64,000 bases of DNA from Eledone cirrhosa (Eukaryota). The notes beneath the pieces are model-generated. The model did no database searches and had not been told where the DNA came from. It saw only the letters and a program-made list of their open reading frames with translations. Positions 1 to 14,299 of the stretch are shown piece after piece. Numbering within the stretch: position 1 is the stretch's first letter; each line of letters opens with the position of its first letter. Location: NCBI GenBank assembly GCA_964016885.1, contig OZ024741.1:108748001-108812000 (forward strand), in the 5' to 3' direction. The position numbers and the translations under genes are program-made.

Positions 1-214
1 AATCGATTTCCACGTGCTATTGAAATGTTGGGTAAATATTCTATAGTGGTTGGTCGCGAATAGACTGCTGTCGTTTATTTATCCACTATTTCTTCATAGG
101 TGCCTTTTAATCTTATAGCCTGGTTTAATTGATTTTTTGTGTGATTGATTATGCTAATTGGGAGAGGAAATGGTGTATATATATTATCATATGATTCTAT
201 GGACATACTTTATA

Positions 215-357
<143 letters not shown>

Positions 358-480
358 TAGATATAGATGGATGTATATATATATGTGTGTATGTGTGTGT
401 GTAAACTGGACTTTCGCAAATATGGAAATGTTTGCATGCGCCGGATCAACTTACCCAAATATCTCCACATAATTCTGTTA

Positions 481-568
481 GCAGCTGATGATTTAACACC
501 GGTGCTAGTTGCTGTTGTAAGTATTACATAACGAATGTTCACTGGTGTCATTGAAATATATGTTATGC
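481..568 (+). ncRNA. Type I hammerhead ribozyme motif, slightly decayed
   Basis: gcag-CTGATGA-stem II (acaccggtg/cactggtgt)-GAAA-tatatg-TT-atgc. Confidence 0.6.
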
Positions 569-698
569 AATAAATAAGATTATGTAACAATAACACCCGT
601 CTTAATGTTATTTCGTACATCTATATTTATAGACATCTCTTTCTCTCTATATATATATTTGTGTGTGTGTGTGTGCATGTTTGTGTGTGTGTATATGC

Positions 699-788
699 TT
701 AGGTGAAAGAGTATGTGCGTGCTAGTGCGTGTGTGTATATATAAATATATACACACACACGCACTAGCACGCACATACTCATTCACCT

Positions 789-790
<2 letters not shown>
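699..790. repeat. Near-perfect ~90 bp palindrome among microsatellites
   Basis: ttaggtgaaagagtatgtgcgtgctagtgcgtg...cacgcactagcacgcacatactcattcacctaa. Confidence 0.8.
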
Positions 791-837
<47 letters not shown>

Positions 838-849
838 TATACAAATATG

Positions 850-916
<67 letters not shown>

Positions 917-923
<7 letters not shown>

Positions 924-1337
924 TAAATAAAAGTCAAATGATTAAAATTTAGCTTCGTTTATTACTGCTATATATATTTCAGTGACAGCCATCTTTGGCT
1001 GTGACCTCTTCAGGCAGTTTGAATTAGTATGGTATAGACAAGTACATATGTTGTTTAGGTGTATGATATTGTCAATACTCTGACAATATCATACACCTAA
1101 ACAACATATGTACTTGTCTATACCATACTAATTCAAACTGCCTAAAGAGGTCACAGCCAAAGATGGCTGTCACTGAAATATATATAGCAGTAATAAACGA
1201 AGCTAAATTTTAATCATTTGACTTTTATTTAACTTTATTTTACACTACTCCGGAGTAACCAAACCAACCTGCGCACTTCGTCGAGTGCTCCAGCCTGCAT
1301 ACTGAGGTGTTGGTATACAACCAACATAAACTCAAAA

Positions 1338-1340
<3 letters not shown>
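917..1340 (+). mobile_element. Fold-back PLE pLTR-like element: ~158 bp arms (917-1238, loop 1075-1080) plus ~100 bp tail, inserted in (TA)n
   Basis: Arms are reverse complements; HHR in each arm; tail has ACTCC and TCGAGTGCT; (TA)n on both sides. Confidence 0.85.
964..1018 (-). ncRNA. Minimal type I hammerhead ribozyme (mirror copy at 1137-1191 + has core mutated to CTAAAGA)
   Basis: Minus strand: actgc-CTGAAGA-ggtcacagcca aaga tggctgtcact-GAAA-t atat a-TA-gcagt; 5 bp stem I, palindromic stem III. Confidence 0.85.
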
Positions 1341-1409
<69 letters not shown>

Positions 1410-1685
1410 TGTGTGTGTGTGTGTGTGTGTGTGTATGGGTGTGTGTGTGTGAGTGTGTGGGTGTATACGTACAATTGCATTTGTACGCCTATCTATGTGT
1501 CAAAGAAAGCATCCTGCAAAGAATATTTTAAAACGCTAAGTCTTGATTGATTTCTGAAAGAAAAACTTAAAGCCGTTAAACATCACTCCCTGAAACCAAA
1601 ACTTTACAAAAAATATTATAAAAAAGTGATATAAAGTGTTGGATATAAGGATATAAGGATATAGACCATGTGTAACTACAGTGAC

Positions 1686-1710
<25 letters not shown>

Positions 1711-1717
<7 letters not shown>

Positions 1718-1922
1718 TAACAGATTAAAATTTAAGCAAAGAATCGCTGCTTTCACCCTTAACGGGATCTTCTGAAACTTAATGGTGAAAGCAGCGATTC
1801 TTTGCTTAATCTTTAATCTGTTATTTTAATAAATATTTGCTCTACGGTTCTTATATATTTGATATATATTTATCCTTATTGAGCCCTCTTTGGATTTTAG
1901 TCTTCTAATTTATTACTATTAC

Positions 1923-1925
<3 letters not shown>
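1711..1925 (+). mobile_element. Short fold-back element with tail in (TA)n; related pieces near 59581, 61727 and 61861-61925
   Basis: attaaaataacagattaaa...tttaatctgttattttaat inverted arms; homologous segments elsewhere in the window. Confidence 0.65.
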
Positions 1926-1972
<47 letters not shown>

Positions 1973-2060
1973 ATGATATTAAATAAATGTAAACTGTATT
2001 TATAAAACCATTGTTTGTCGGACTTCCAACAAATTAAATGCAACTTCTCCATATATATAT

Positions 2061-2503
2061 TGTGTGTTTCTAAATATATTGTTAATAACTCCCTCTGGTC
2101 GAGCAATCTTTGAAGTGTGGGTACAGCTGGAAAGCTTCCATTACTCATACTTCTCGCCTTCTTCACCACCTCTTCTGCGGCCTCGATATAAATACCCCCT
2201 CCGCCTCCGTGGTATTTTCTTCGAGGTTATAAGAGGCTTAGCTCTGTTTCTCGACCGTTATATCGCGTGACTATCTCCCCCTCCGCCTTTTGGGATTCTT
2301 TCTCACGTCGTGTAGACGCGTTCTTGAGACTAGTAAAATGAGGTATCCTCTTGATAAGTCGGCAGACCTCGCAAGGACTCTATATCTTTATGATATATTG
2401 TTTTTGTTTATGCCACGAAACTACGTAGTCGAGGAATTTAGGAGCAGTTTGGTATGATACATTTTATTACTAATTATATCTAAATGTTTCTTCTCTCTTC
2501 ATA

Positions 2504-2508
<5 letters not shown>
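2061..2508 (+). mobile_element. Solo partial copy of the 595-bp HHR repeat family (see 23923-25512); U3:A8 HHR at 2346-2435
   Basis: Near-identical to 24303-24750; tcctc-TTGATAA...GAAA-ctacgtag-TC-gagga; (TA)n flanks. Confidence 0.9.
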
Positions 2509-2544
<36 letters not shown>

Positions 2545-3114
2545 CTCAAAAAAGAAGACTAGACGAAGACTTTGGATATAATTCAAAATAGGATAACGTC
2601 AATAGAAAAAACAACAATAAGAAATCACCACGCTTTAGGTCGTCCGTCTTTCTATTTTTTTTGTCCAGTTTCTCTGTCTTGTGCACCCCCAATTTTGAAT
2701 TTATATCCAAAGTCTTAGACGTGCGTGCATCTTTTGAAATTTTCCTATTATTGATTTCACACCGCCCGGTCTGTCTTCCTCTATTCTCCCGTCTTACTTT
2801 TTCTACACTTCAATGTCATCATTCTCTGCCTGCACATTGGACTACATTCCTTATTCTTCTCTTTTGTTTTACTCTTTTTTCTCCTTTTGGCTCAGTCCTT
2901 CGCACTGTTCTCTCCTTTGTTATTTGACGCACTCTCTTCTATATTTGTGTAATTCACCTATTGTTCCAATATGCATTGGAATGAAAGGTTTCAATCTTTG
3001 ATATACTGAAACCGTAGTGAATACCAGAGGTTAACTGGAGAAATGGGACAGTCCCTCTTTCCCGTGTTTTTTTCTTTCTTTTTTTCATTGTCTTTGGCCT
3101 GTGTGCCCCTTATT

Positions 3115-3166
<52 letters not shown>

Positions 3167-3566
3167 ATAATAATATTATTTATACTTATATATACACTAT
3201 ATATATAATTATAAACAGTTAAGGTCAGTAACAGTAGATGCGACAAAGATTATAAAAGAATAATACAACAATTAAAGAAGAAAGTTACTCGCAAAATGAG
3301 GAAATTTATATAAGAGAGAACGAGAGAGAGAGGGTGAAAAGAAAGAGAACCAGAGAGAAAGAGATAGAGAGAGAATGGAGAAGATTCGCCAATAACAATT
3401 CTGCCATATTTATGAGTGATAAAATTGTCAGAACCTATTTGGTGTAATCTATCGGCCGCTCGTCTGATAAGTAATAATTGATTTGACACCTTTAGTAGGA
3501 ACACCTTTTCCTCGGTCTTAGGCCATATTTGGAAATGTCATCTACATACGTAATATATATATTTAA

Positions 3567-3680
<114 letters not shown>

Positions 3681-4116
3681 TGTGCGTGTTCCTGTGCATT
3701 AACTTCTCGAAACTATGTTCGTTATAACAATAATTTCCATAAATCTTTCGCTGTTCCTTATTCTGATTTTATGGATGAAATGTTTTTTGGCCTGTATATT
3801 GTAAGTAATAAATATAGAAACTTTTACTCATTTCCTCATTGGATATTACTGGACTTTAAATGTTTTGACCGTTGGCGCTATCTTTCTATATGCAAGCAGG
3901 AAATAGTTCGAAAGAAATGTATTATTTTAATTTGATAGATTGCAACATTATATCCATAGCGAGTTTGTGACATATTGTTTTTACTTAGGCACCTTTCATA
4001 ACTAATGTTCTATTAATATTTATTTAATTATTACGCGATTTCCATTTTCTATACATTACTTATGACTTCACTTCAATATAGCTTTATTTGCGTCACATCA
4101 TAGGGTTATAGCCATT

Positions 4117-4317
4117 TACGTTCTGAGTTCAAATCCCGCCGTCGATAGCCTTGCCTTTCATCCTTACGGAGTCGATAAATGAAGCACCATTAATGCACTG
4201 CGGTTGATTTAATCGACTTCCCCATCCATTGGCAGTATCGGTAGAGCGTCGGAGAACATGCTTCGCAGCATAGTGTTACGGCCTTTGCGTTCTGATTTCA
4301 AATTCCGCTGAGGTTAG
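4117..4317 (+). mobile_element. Two partial tRNA-derived SINE copies (octopus-type)
   Basis: B box gagttcaaatcccgcc; core gcctttcatccttacggagtcgataaat; A box tggcagtatcggtaga. Confidence 0.8.
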
Positions 4318-4334
4318 AGATGTCGTAGCCTCAG

Positions 4335-5215
4335 TGCATGTCGGCGCATCATTAGCCACGGCATTCCCGGTCCTCCACTGAGGGACTGTTGACAGCAGAT
4401 GGACCGCCTGACCATCGGAACGCGTCCTTTCCACAAGAATTGGACGAGCAAACACTCCAGTGCAGTCATATGGGGTTTGTGACAAGGCACGACAGTCAAT
4501 CAGTAGTAGATGACGGATGCGGTAAATATGTTCGCCTTCTCTGCCCTACCTTTCATGGACATGTTTCTTTCGGCCGATTTTGGGGTGAGATTGGGCACTT
4601 TGTCCGTCACACCTCATCCCATTTTCTGTCCACCTGGAGATCAGGACTAAAGCAGACCCCGAGTAATTTAACCAGCCCGTCTGTCCAGCGCCCGACGACA
4701 CCGTTTGACTGCTTGGGCCTGCCCCTCCATGTGCCTACAGATTTTTCCTGGTTGATTTTCACTCATGTCAGCGCTTCGTATTCATTTACAGCAGAACAAT
4801 CACCTCAATGTGATTGGCGTTCAACACTACGACTGTGAGGTCGTCGGCATAAGCCGACACAGATCTTCCAAGTCCTTGTTCACGCAGAAGGCCTCTCAAC
4901 ACCACTAATTTGTGTAGCAGTGGCTCGAGAATCAATACATGCAACAAGGACGAGAGGGGACAGCCCTGGCAGACAGAACGTATGACGTTGAATGGTTCCG
5001 AGAGGTGACCGTTCAATCTGACCACAAAGCAGATGTCACTATGCATAGCAGCTATCTATCCTCTGAAAACCGACCCACAAATCTGCTGCTTTGAGGACCG
5101 CCAGCAAGTACCGATGGTCGACTCTATCAAATGCTTTGGATTGTTCCAAGTTGATTAGAGCCCTACCCGTGCCAGGTTCTTTACCCACTCTCTCTATGAT
5201 GTATCGCATGACAAC
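4335..5215 (-). pseudogene. Tx1/L1-clade LINE reverse transcriptase remnant; possible upstream part to ~5800
   Basis: ALINLEQSKAFDRVDHRYL, SVCQGCPLS, AYADD, FLWKGRVPMVRRSICCQ; homologous to 53205-55735. Confidence 0.9.
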
Positions 5216-6124
5216 AATAATAACGGCAATAATAAAAAAAGAAAAGGAAACAAAAGAGAAGAAGAATAGGGAGATACAGAGACAAACGAGAAAAAGAAAG
5301 AAAAAAGAACGTGGAGGGGAAGAGAATGGAGGGGTGAAGGGGGAAGGTTGAGGAGAGGCGGGCATTGCGTTCAGGGGTGCAGAAGGTTAAATCTTCCGTC
5401 CAATTGGTAAGAAGAGATGCCTGGACCACACGGAATAGGAGGTTAGGAGCGAGCTAAAACGGAAGATTATAAACTGTGTTTGGGGGTGAGTGCATTCATG
5501 ATGTTCAGATGAATGTTGTGTGTGTCCGAGCACTCAAAGCAGCAAGTTCGATGACAGTGAAGAAAAAACAATTTAGAACAGTGACTCACAAGGACGAAGG
5601 AAGTTGAAAATTGAGAGAGGAGCCCTGAGATGCACCGAAACGAAGAAGTGCCGAGATTGATGCCGTGTGTGCGTGCATGCATTCAAAACGTCAAGTTCGA
5701 CAAAATTGCAAAGTTGGAGCCGAAAGAAACTAAAGCACCGAAGAGAGGAAGCGGAAACTGGAGAATTCCGAGAAGTGTTAGAGGCGGTGGAGGAAAAAAA
5801 AACAAGTATGTGATTCATTCACGATACACGTGTCACGCACGATCATGAACAAAATGTCAAATCGAAAGTTGGTTCACTCAATCTCGGACCATGTTTCCTC
5901 CCGGAACCCGCCCCATTTAGTACAGGATTGGTACGAAACTGGGGCCCGAAGCTGTCGACAAAAGAATCATTTTTCAATTCAGTATGGTGTGATGTGACCT
6001 GAAAGAAATTTGGCTGCCATATCCAGCAGGTCAATCCACCGCATAGAGGCCCTCACTCATTCGCTTGAAACAAACACAATTGTTATAGTGATTAAGTATA
6101 AGACCCGTATACTGATATTTCTTA

Positions 6125-6159
6125 TTAGTAGTAGTAGTAGCAGCAGCAGCAGTAGCAGC

Positions 6160-6252
<93 letters not shown>

Positions 6253-6331
6253 GGTGGTGGTAATGGTGGTGGTAGTAGTAGTAGTAGTGGTGGTGGTGGT
6301 GGTGGTGGTGGTGGTGGTGGTGGTGGTGGTG

Positions 6332-6388
<57 letters not shown>

Positions 6389-6389
6389 T
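6125..6389. repeat. Compound (AGT)n/(GGT)n trinucleotide microsatellite
   Basis: Directly visible. Confidence 0.98.
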
Positions 6390-6619
6390 TGTGTGGTGAT
6401 TGCTGGTAGGAAGGTGGTGTATTTTTCCTGTTGAGGTATTGTTGATATCGTGGAAGTGCTCGGGTTTTTGTTGTTGTAGTCTATGTTAGTTAATCGCTGG
6501 CCATATCGGCTATTGCTTTCTTTCTTTTTTTCTGACCTCGACACTTGTATCCGAGTGGTAGCTGAGGCGATATGCAACACCAGGTTTGATGACATTGAAT
6601 GGCAATAGGCCACCATATC

Positions 6620-7750
6620 TGTTAGATATAGTGGCCTGGGCCTCCGGTCCCCGATCTCGCTAGCTTTTCCGGCGTTTCTTTCGTCGGTAACCTCATGCGT
6701 GTCCTCATCAGCAAGGTTCTCCTAAATACAATGAAACTGTGATCGGAGAACGTGAGGCCGCCTGCGAGACGTGGAACCGGCTTGGACTTAGCCCAGTAGA
6801 CGTCCCTTCTCCTTCTACCCCTGCTCAGATCAATTCCCCCCCCATAGTATTTGAGTGGCCATCTAGTGCAACCTGGACTCAGACAGGCTAGCGCGCCAGC
6901 TCGACCAGCACCACCTTGCATGTTTTCGCGCCACTTATCAACCCAACACTGGTGCCTGGCTCCATGCCTTACCCTCCTTCTCCACTGGCATGCAGCTGGA
7001 CAATGATAGCCAGCGCATCGTGTTTTCCCTGAAACTTGGCCTCCGGATCTGCGAGCCCCGCAATATCGCTGCGGATCCACCGTAGAATCTTTCCGCCTCC
7101 ACCGGCTTTCCTGTCGCTACAGTGTCAGCCGGCTTTGAAAGAAAAATCTGGTGCAGCCTGCGACTAACCCGGGTTCTGCTGCACTTCGACGTCTCCAAGT
7201 ATCGGTTGCTCTCCGACTGGTTTGCAGTCGAGCCCCTCATAGTGGAGACTTTTGATGTTCTTGGCCCTAGGGCTACCTCCCAACTTACTAACATAGGCAC
7301 TGAGATATCCAACCGTAGGTGTGTGCCTCGCGAGATTGAATGGCTCTTCCAGCGCATCTCCCTTAGCATCCTCCGGGGAAACACCTTCTCCATTCTCTCC
7401 GCCGGGGCCGTAGGGCGACAATCACGTGGGACCCCATTTGCTCATAATAGAGAGAGATGGGGAGGGCCAGTGAGATGGAGGCGATGACAGTGGGAGTTCG
7501 GCTCTTCTGTGTTCGGACCAGGTGTGCAGCGTCTGTTGTCCGTAACGAGGTAGTTTCATCTATTTTATTATTTTCTTTTCTTTTACTGATCTTTAGGGCG
7601 TTTATTTTCCTCTCCCTTTCTTTTAATCTGACCAATCCGCTTTAGAGATTTGAGGTTAATTTGACATTTTCTGCTTGACAATGAGTTTCTGTTTATATTT
7701 GGCATTTTGCTTTGTAATATCTTCTCAATGCTACTTTATAATTGAATAAA
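6620..7750 (+). pseudogene. CRE-clade (restriction-like endonuclease) non-LTR retrotransposon 3' remnant
   Basis: Manual translation GAWLHALPSFSTGMQLDNDSQRIVFSLKLGLRIC...CG...H.LSC; ORF 7122 KYRLL...PLIVETFDVLG...EWLFQRISLSILRGN matches CRE C-terminal motifs; boundaries approximate. Confidence 0.8.
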
Positions 7751-10339
7751 ACGCATTGTGTATTGTCACAGCATTGTTTTTACACGTATACATCATTCAA
7801 ATATTTTATATCTACAATGCATTATTTCAAATATTTTATTTATGTGTGGCTTCTTGGTTTTACTAGCTCCCCTATCTATTGTATTTATTATTTTCAATTT
7901 CTTCCTCTATTGTTGCATAATTTAGACTTTGAAATTGCTTGAATATTTCTTTTCTCTGAATCTATTATGTAGTACTCATTTTATGGAACATTATACAATG
8001 GCATTTTACAGTAGGGAATTTAAACTGCTACGTTTTTATCTTACGAGATATTCATATAATGAGAGAATGGTTAACATAGAATCTCATCGCATTGTCTCTG
8101 TACTCCCGCAACATAATGGTATCAATATAGGAGTAAAGGTACTCCTGCAAGATCATATCCAAAAGATAAAGTAAAACATTATGCAAAGCATTGAGCAAAT
8201 AACCAACAATATCCACCAGAATATTAAGGTAATCATTCACTATCAACCTAAATATTCTAAGTAAAGACTACGTGACTTAGACACAGAAATGTGGCTGAAA
8301 ACTAGACAATAATATACAAATTCTATCATCCATTTGCATTACGCTAAACACATAGCCTCCAACTATATAAGATTGTAAAATAGCGTGAACAAATAATCAA
8401 TAATACAAGAAGCAGAAAAATATAATATTGAATTGAAAGCAAAACACAGTTTCAAGTAGCCATACACACTCTTGTGTCTATTTTAGTTCACCAAGCTTCC
8501 CTATCTGTGGATCACCGAACAATCTTGGGATCACCAGGCAATCTATTGTTCACCAGTCTCTCATATCTGTCGATCAACTAAAATGTGAGATTGAATTTGT
8601 ATAGTACCTTGAACTGTAAATTGTAATGCCAGAAGCTGGAAAATATATCATACATCTTCACTCAAAAACTGCTGCTTATTTACTTAACTATTGCCAGACT
8701 TCTAATCTTAATAAAAATGAAATAAAAATAAGAAGGTCTAGCGCATTTTCTCTACTGAAAGCAAAATTTGCTCAATGCTATTTAAAATTGTTTCTCTGTA
8801 GTGACATAATGGTGGCTGAAGTGAACCATTGTTTTCGATGGTTATCTTGAGGCGTTATTCATTTTTGTTTCGTTTCAAGTACTTTCAAAGATTGATTTCA
8901 ACTAATGAATTCCTCTAAGCATACGTATTTCTTCTTTATTTTCCTTCATTTCATTCACAACATTCTTTCTATCTCTATATAAGAGAAAAGATTCTTGCAT
9001 TGGAAGTTTAGACGGCAGCAATTTCAGTCCAATGATGGAGTTTTTAAATGTTTCCTACTGGCGTATTGAATTTGCAAATTTTCTACCAACCACTTTTTCT
9101 CTTCTTTAAAGATCGAGTTATTGTGAATAATGACTGTAAGTTACATCTGCAAGAGACGTAGATGGATAAGTATGATTAAAGTAATTGAATACTTGCTATA
9201 TCAGTCATCTCTCAAACAATTTCTATACTTTCGTTGATAACTATAACTTTAGAAAAGTAATTCATAAGCATTTTGTCACGCACCAGAGTTCACATATAAA
9301 TATAGACAGGAATAATTAATCCGTTTAGAAGACAGTATCTTCAAGCTCTGTATCAATTTTTGTGGCATAGATATAGCCTTTCAAATCGACTTCTTGCAAC
9401 AATAAACATATTTTCTACCTCAGCAAACAACATATGTTAGGAAATATTAGTCTTTTTTTACTGACTAGATATCTATTTTTCCTTGCTGTGTCGTATGTAC
9501 TGACCAATGTAATTATGTAATCTTATTTTCTATATTGAAGTAAATAGTGCCTTTGAGCTTATATTCCGATAGAAACTTTATTAATGTAGACAAAAATATT
9601 CACTTTGGTCTGATTATATCTACGAGGACACATATGTCTCGCATTTAAAGATTAATAGACGGTGAAAGTGTAATGCCAATATATTATGTAGATCAGCACA
9701 TTAACCGTTACTACAACGCTTTCAACAGGTTCAGTCATATTTTGCTTTTTGAATATTCCATACAGGTCACTGGGAATATTTATGGGTCCCATAAATATCG
9801 CAAGTTAAGCAGGCACTAATATATTATTGTAAGCAGAATTGATTAGAGAAATCAATTTTCTCTCTTCATTTATTTATTATTATTATTATGCGTTTCAAAT
9901 TTGCTATTATGCTTCAAATAGTCAATGTGAAATTACATAGATGTATGTTTTTAAAAGTCGATGACGTGGCTAGGCAACATAAAGTGTAGGTGGACCACAC
10001 ATCAGCCTACAAGCCCATGCTGAATATATAGTGTGGCGGAACACAACGGCCAAGTCTAGGGCCAGTACGTTGAATGCTGTAATTAAAATGTGGTCACCTC
10101 AGATTTTGAGAATCATAGCTACTGAAAATAACATGTGATTGGGGCAGTTCTGGATTCTAATGTATGTCCTGATGATCCCCATAGATTCCACAACCATCAC
10201 GGTGTATTCTATGATGGGTGTAGAAGGAACACCCACGACACAGGTGTTGAAAGATATAAAGCAACTAATGGTTTTCCAGTGTCGGGTGATAGAAAGTAAA
10301 GAGTGAGTCAAAGTGTGAAGAGCAGCAAAGACAAAATAC

Positions 10340-11370
10340 TTTTTTCGGTATTAATACTACATTTAACAATATCACTACCACCAACACCACCACCACTAAA
10401 AACAACAGCAACATCACCAGCATCTGAAACATCACAAGAAGTACCACCATCAATGACACTACCTCCAACAACTACAATATACTTCTTCGTCACAACCACC
10501 ACCATTACCACAACCACTACCACTGGCAAAACCACCAAATACAACATCACAATATTCTCCTTTACTCACAAAGCCACCATTACTAACACAAACAAACAGC
10601 AGCACCATCACCACCAACACTACAAACATTCGAACCTGCACCAGCACCACCAAAACCACCATCACCGCCACTACAAACACCTTTACCATTAATACAACCA
10701 CCATTAGCACCAACAACGACAATACCAACAAAACTACCAAAGGCAACATGACCATATTCCCCTTCACCCCCAAGACCGCCACCACCATAACTCTCAGCTC
10801 CATAACATTCACAACGTGCACCAACAATAGCATCAATATAATCCTTCTCGCCACCACTACGACCGCAACCTCCATCACCATTAGAAACAAGAACACCAAT
10901 GCTCACATAAGCCTCAAACATAACAACCAGTACCACCAACAAAAAAAACTACCACCATTAATAATATCACTATATTCTCCTTCACCACCACCACCAACAA
11001 CAACAGGAACTCTAGAACCACCAGCCCCACAATCATCACAACCAGCGCCAGTAGCAACAGCACTACCATAAAAATCATCGCACCCAGCAGTAACAACAAC
11101 ACTCCCACCGTCAATACTATATTCTCCTTTACCACCACCAAAACCATGACCACCAATAACATCGTAAACAATACCACCATCACCTTAATCTCCTCACCCA
11201 CCGCCACACTAGCACCAACATAAACAAAAATACCGCCACCATAAACAGCAGCAGCATCACCAAAAACATCACCTTATTCTTCCTAACTACTAACACCATC
11301 ACCATCAACATTACCACATCCAACAACAATACTTCCGCTACCAACAATACTACTACCACCACAACTAACG
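10340..11370. repeat. Degenerate (ACC/AAC)n low-complexity tract
   Basis: Thr/His/Val-rich ORFs in all frames come from decayed trinucleotide repeats. Confidence 0.85.
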
Positions 11371-11711
11371 TTAGATGTTCCAGCAATTTACATGACAATT
11401 ATTCCCTCACCTCCATTTACATACACCAATTGTTCTACTATTTTTGATACTCTACAGTTATTATTAGAAAGCTTTGGCAAAGGAACAGAGAGAAATTGAT
11501 CCAGATAACAAATTTGAGCGTTTATTTTATAACTGCCGAGATAATTTAAGTAACATTTGACCACACCATTCCACACATTCAAATTTTATTAATTTAACAT
11601 ATGTACACGCGTTCATACAATTTCTGTTAGAATGTACTCTTGACTATTTACCTATCTTACACTATCAAACACAAACGCACACTATATAATCCTCTCTCTC
11701 TCTACTATAAG

Positions 11712-11798
<87 letters not shown>

Positions 11799-11847
11799 TC
11801 ACTGTGAACAATTTGTCAGCATTTTCTTTTCCGTTTACCAATATATA

Positions 11848-14057
11848 TATATAAAGAAAGAAAGATGAAATCGAAAATGCAACTGGAGTCTTATTTTTTT
11901 AAAAATATATATATTTATTTGGTTCCTTTACCGGTTTCGCAGTTCTTCTGCTTTTCAAAAGTAGAGTTGAGATGGAGGGTCTGTGGTTTTTCTCACATCT
12001 GGTTGGTCATTGAATGTTACTTGTTTTATATGGAAAAACGTGGCTCGAAACGCCAGGTTTTTAGAGAAGTAATTTTATTGGTTACTCAATAAGTATAATA
12101 AATTTCGCGCCAGTTCGCGTTATAAAGTTCTTCAAACAAGGGGGGGGGGATCAGGTTGTTTTTTCATATATGAGTGTTTGAATTTCTTTTTACTTAAAAA
12201 GTATCGAAGAGTATCAAAAATAGTAGAACAATTGGTGTATGTAAATGGAGGTGAAGGAATAATTGTCATGTAAACAATACCTGCTAATCACCTCCAACCA
12301 CCCAAAGCACACGAAGACGAACATTCCTTTTAACCTAGCAAGAAGAATTTGCACAATTGTCTCCAATTATGAAACGCGAAATAAAAGACTTCAAGAATTA
12401 AAGGAAATTCTACTCGAAAGACAATACCCACCATTACTAATAAATGCTAAAGCAATAGCTATTGATGAATTACGAAAACAGAATTCAAGGTACGTCCAAT
12501 ATTCTAGCATATATCTCAACACACAACCCAAGAAATGCGGAAGCTTACAACACTATTCACAAGAACATCCCACTACTGAAACAAGACCCAAAATAATCGA
12601 AAGCAAAAGACAACCGAAATCACTGAAAACATTACTCACCAATGCTAAATTACCTAACACAAACCCACAACCAACTGTCAAAAAATGTGGTCGCTTTAAT
12701 TGTGGAACCTGTACTCACCTCATTGAAGGCAACACGTATACATTTAAATCAGGACAAAATTTTGCTGTAAAAAATCACTTCACTTGCTCATCAAAAAATC
12801 TATTTTATGCCATTAAATGTAAAGGATGCAATGAAGATTATATAGGACAAACTAAACTCACACTCAGAAACAGAATGACAGTTCATCGCCAATAATTACG
12901 AGATCCAACCACGAGACAGATACCACTAAGCGCACAATAAGACGTATGCGCAAGTAATAATTACCCAAATTCCAAGTCTTCCCATTTTATCTTTGCGCTA
13001 ACAATACAACAGAACAAATACGAATAAATAAGGAAAATATGTTTATTCAAAAATATAGACCAGCATTAAATATGGTTTAATATACATTATGTCAACACTA
13101 TAACATGCTAACCATCCAAACAGACACATAACACCTTCTACTTTAGAAAATAAAAACCAGAACTAAATAAACCTTAACATACGTTTGCGCTGACAATACA
13201 ACATAACAAATACGAATAAGTAAGGAAAATATGTTCATTCAAAAATATTCCTACTAACGGAATCATTTTCCTACACACACACACACAATATATATTCTCT
13301 TCATCTTAACATGCTAACCATACTCCTCCACACACATAATACCCATACACAGACATAATACCCCACACACACATACACACACACAACTCCCTCCCCCATT
13401 TCTACTAATAGAATCACTTCCCTACACACATATACACACACACAAAATATATATATTCTCTCCATCTTAACATACTCCCACACACACACATAACACCCAT
13501 ATATATACACACACACACAACTCCCTCCCCAATTTCTACTAATAGAATCATCTTCCTATACACACACACACACACACACACACAAGCACACAGATAAACA
13601 TACATATCTTTACTTTCTTTATTTCAATAGAAAATCTGAATTCTGACATCCCAGCGAACCAACCATATTCACTGAACCAGAACAATTCTCCCATCCCATT
13701 TCTCTTGACCATTATCTTTTAACGCGAACTGGCGCGAAATTTATTATATTTATTGACCAACCAATCTAATTATTTCTTTAAAAACCTGGCGTTTCGAGCC
13801 ACTTTTTTCCATATAAAACAAGTAACATTCAAAGACCAACCAGATGTGAGAAAAACCACAGACCCTCCATCTCAACTCTACTTTTGAAAAGAAGACGAAC
13901 TGCGAAACCGGTAAAGGAACCAAATACATATATATATATATATTTTTTTTTTAAAAATAAGACTCCAGTTGCATTTTCGAGTTCATCTTTTTTTCTTCAT
14001 ACTTTCACTCGTGTAGGACACCTCGGTGATTTTTCATTTTGTAATAAAAAACCTCAC

Positions 14058-14064
<7 letters not shown>
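11848..14064 (+). mobile_element. 5'-truncated Penelope-like element (Neptune-like) with inverted 5' pLTR (11848-12123), 3' pLTR plus tail (13718-14064), in (TA)n
   Basis: pLTRs are reverse complements; U3:A8 HHR motifs at 11926-11961 (-) and 13881-13916 (+); internal GIY-YIG ORF. Confidence 0.9.
12270..13080 (+). pseudogene. PLE RT thumb, Cys linker and GIY-YIG endonuclease (disrupted)
   Basis: SNHPKHTKTNIPFNLARRI; KCGRFNCGTC; FTCSSKNLFYAIKCKGCNEDYIGQT...RMTVH. Confidence 0.92.
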
Positions 14065-14133
<69 letters not shown>

Positions 14134-14299
14134 ATATACAGTGAGAGAGAGAGAAGGAGAGGAAGGTATGAAACCGACCGTGACGCCAAACGGATTCGGC
14201 TTGTGTTCAGCAAGACTTTTCAGGAGAGAACACACACTAGAAAAGAGTTGCTGAACATAAGCGAACATCTGTCTGATCTTCCTGGTGTTCTGGGTAGCG

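Noticed and set aside
1741-1800. CAGAAGA-tccc gttaa gggt-GAAA as a hammerhead
   Set aside because: Position 4 is A and I could not find stem I or an NUH site; not counted
6010-6616. Poly-Ser/Gly and poly-Tyr/His ORFs
   Set aside because: (AGT)n/(GGT)n microsatellite
10265-11398. Mucin-like Thr/Pro-rich or Val-rich ORFs
   Set aside because: Decayed trinucleotide repeats open in several frames on both strands; no domain or convincing splice structure
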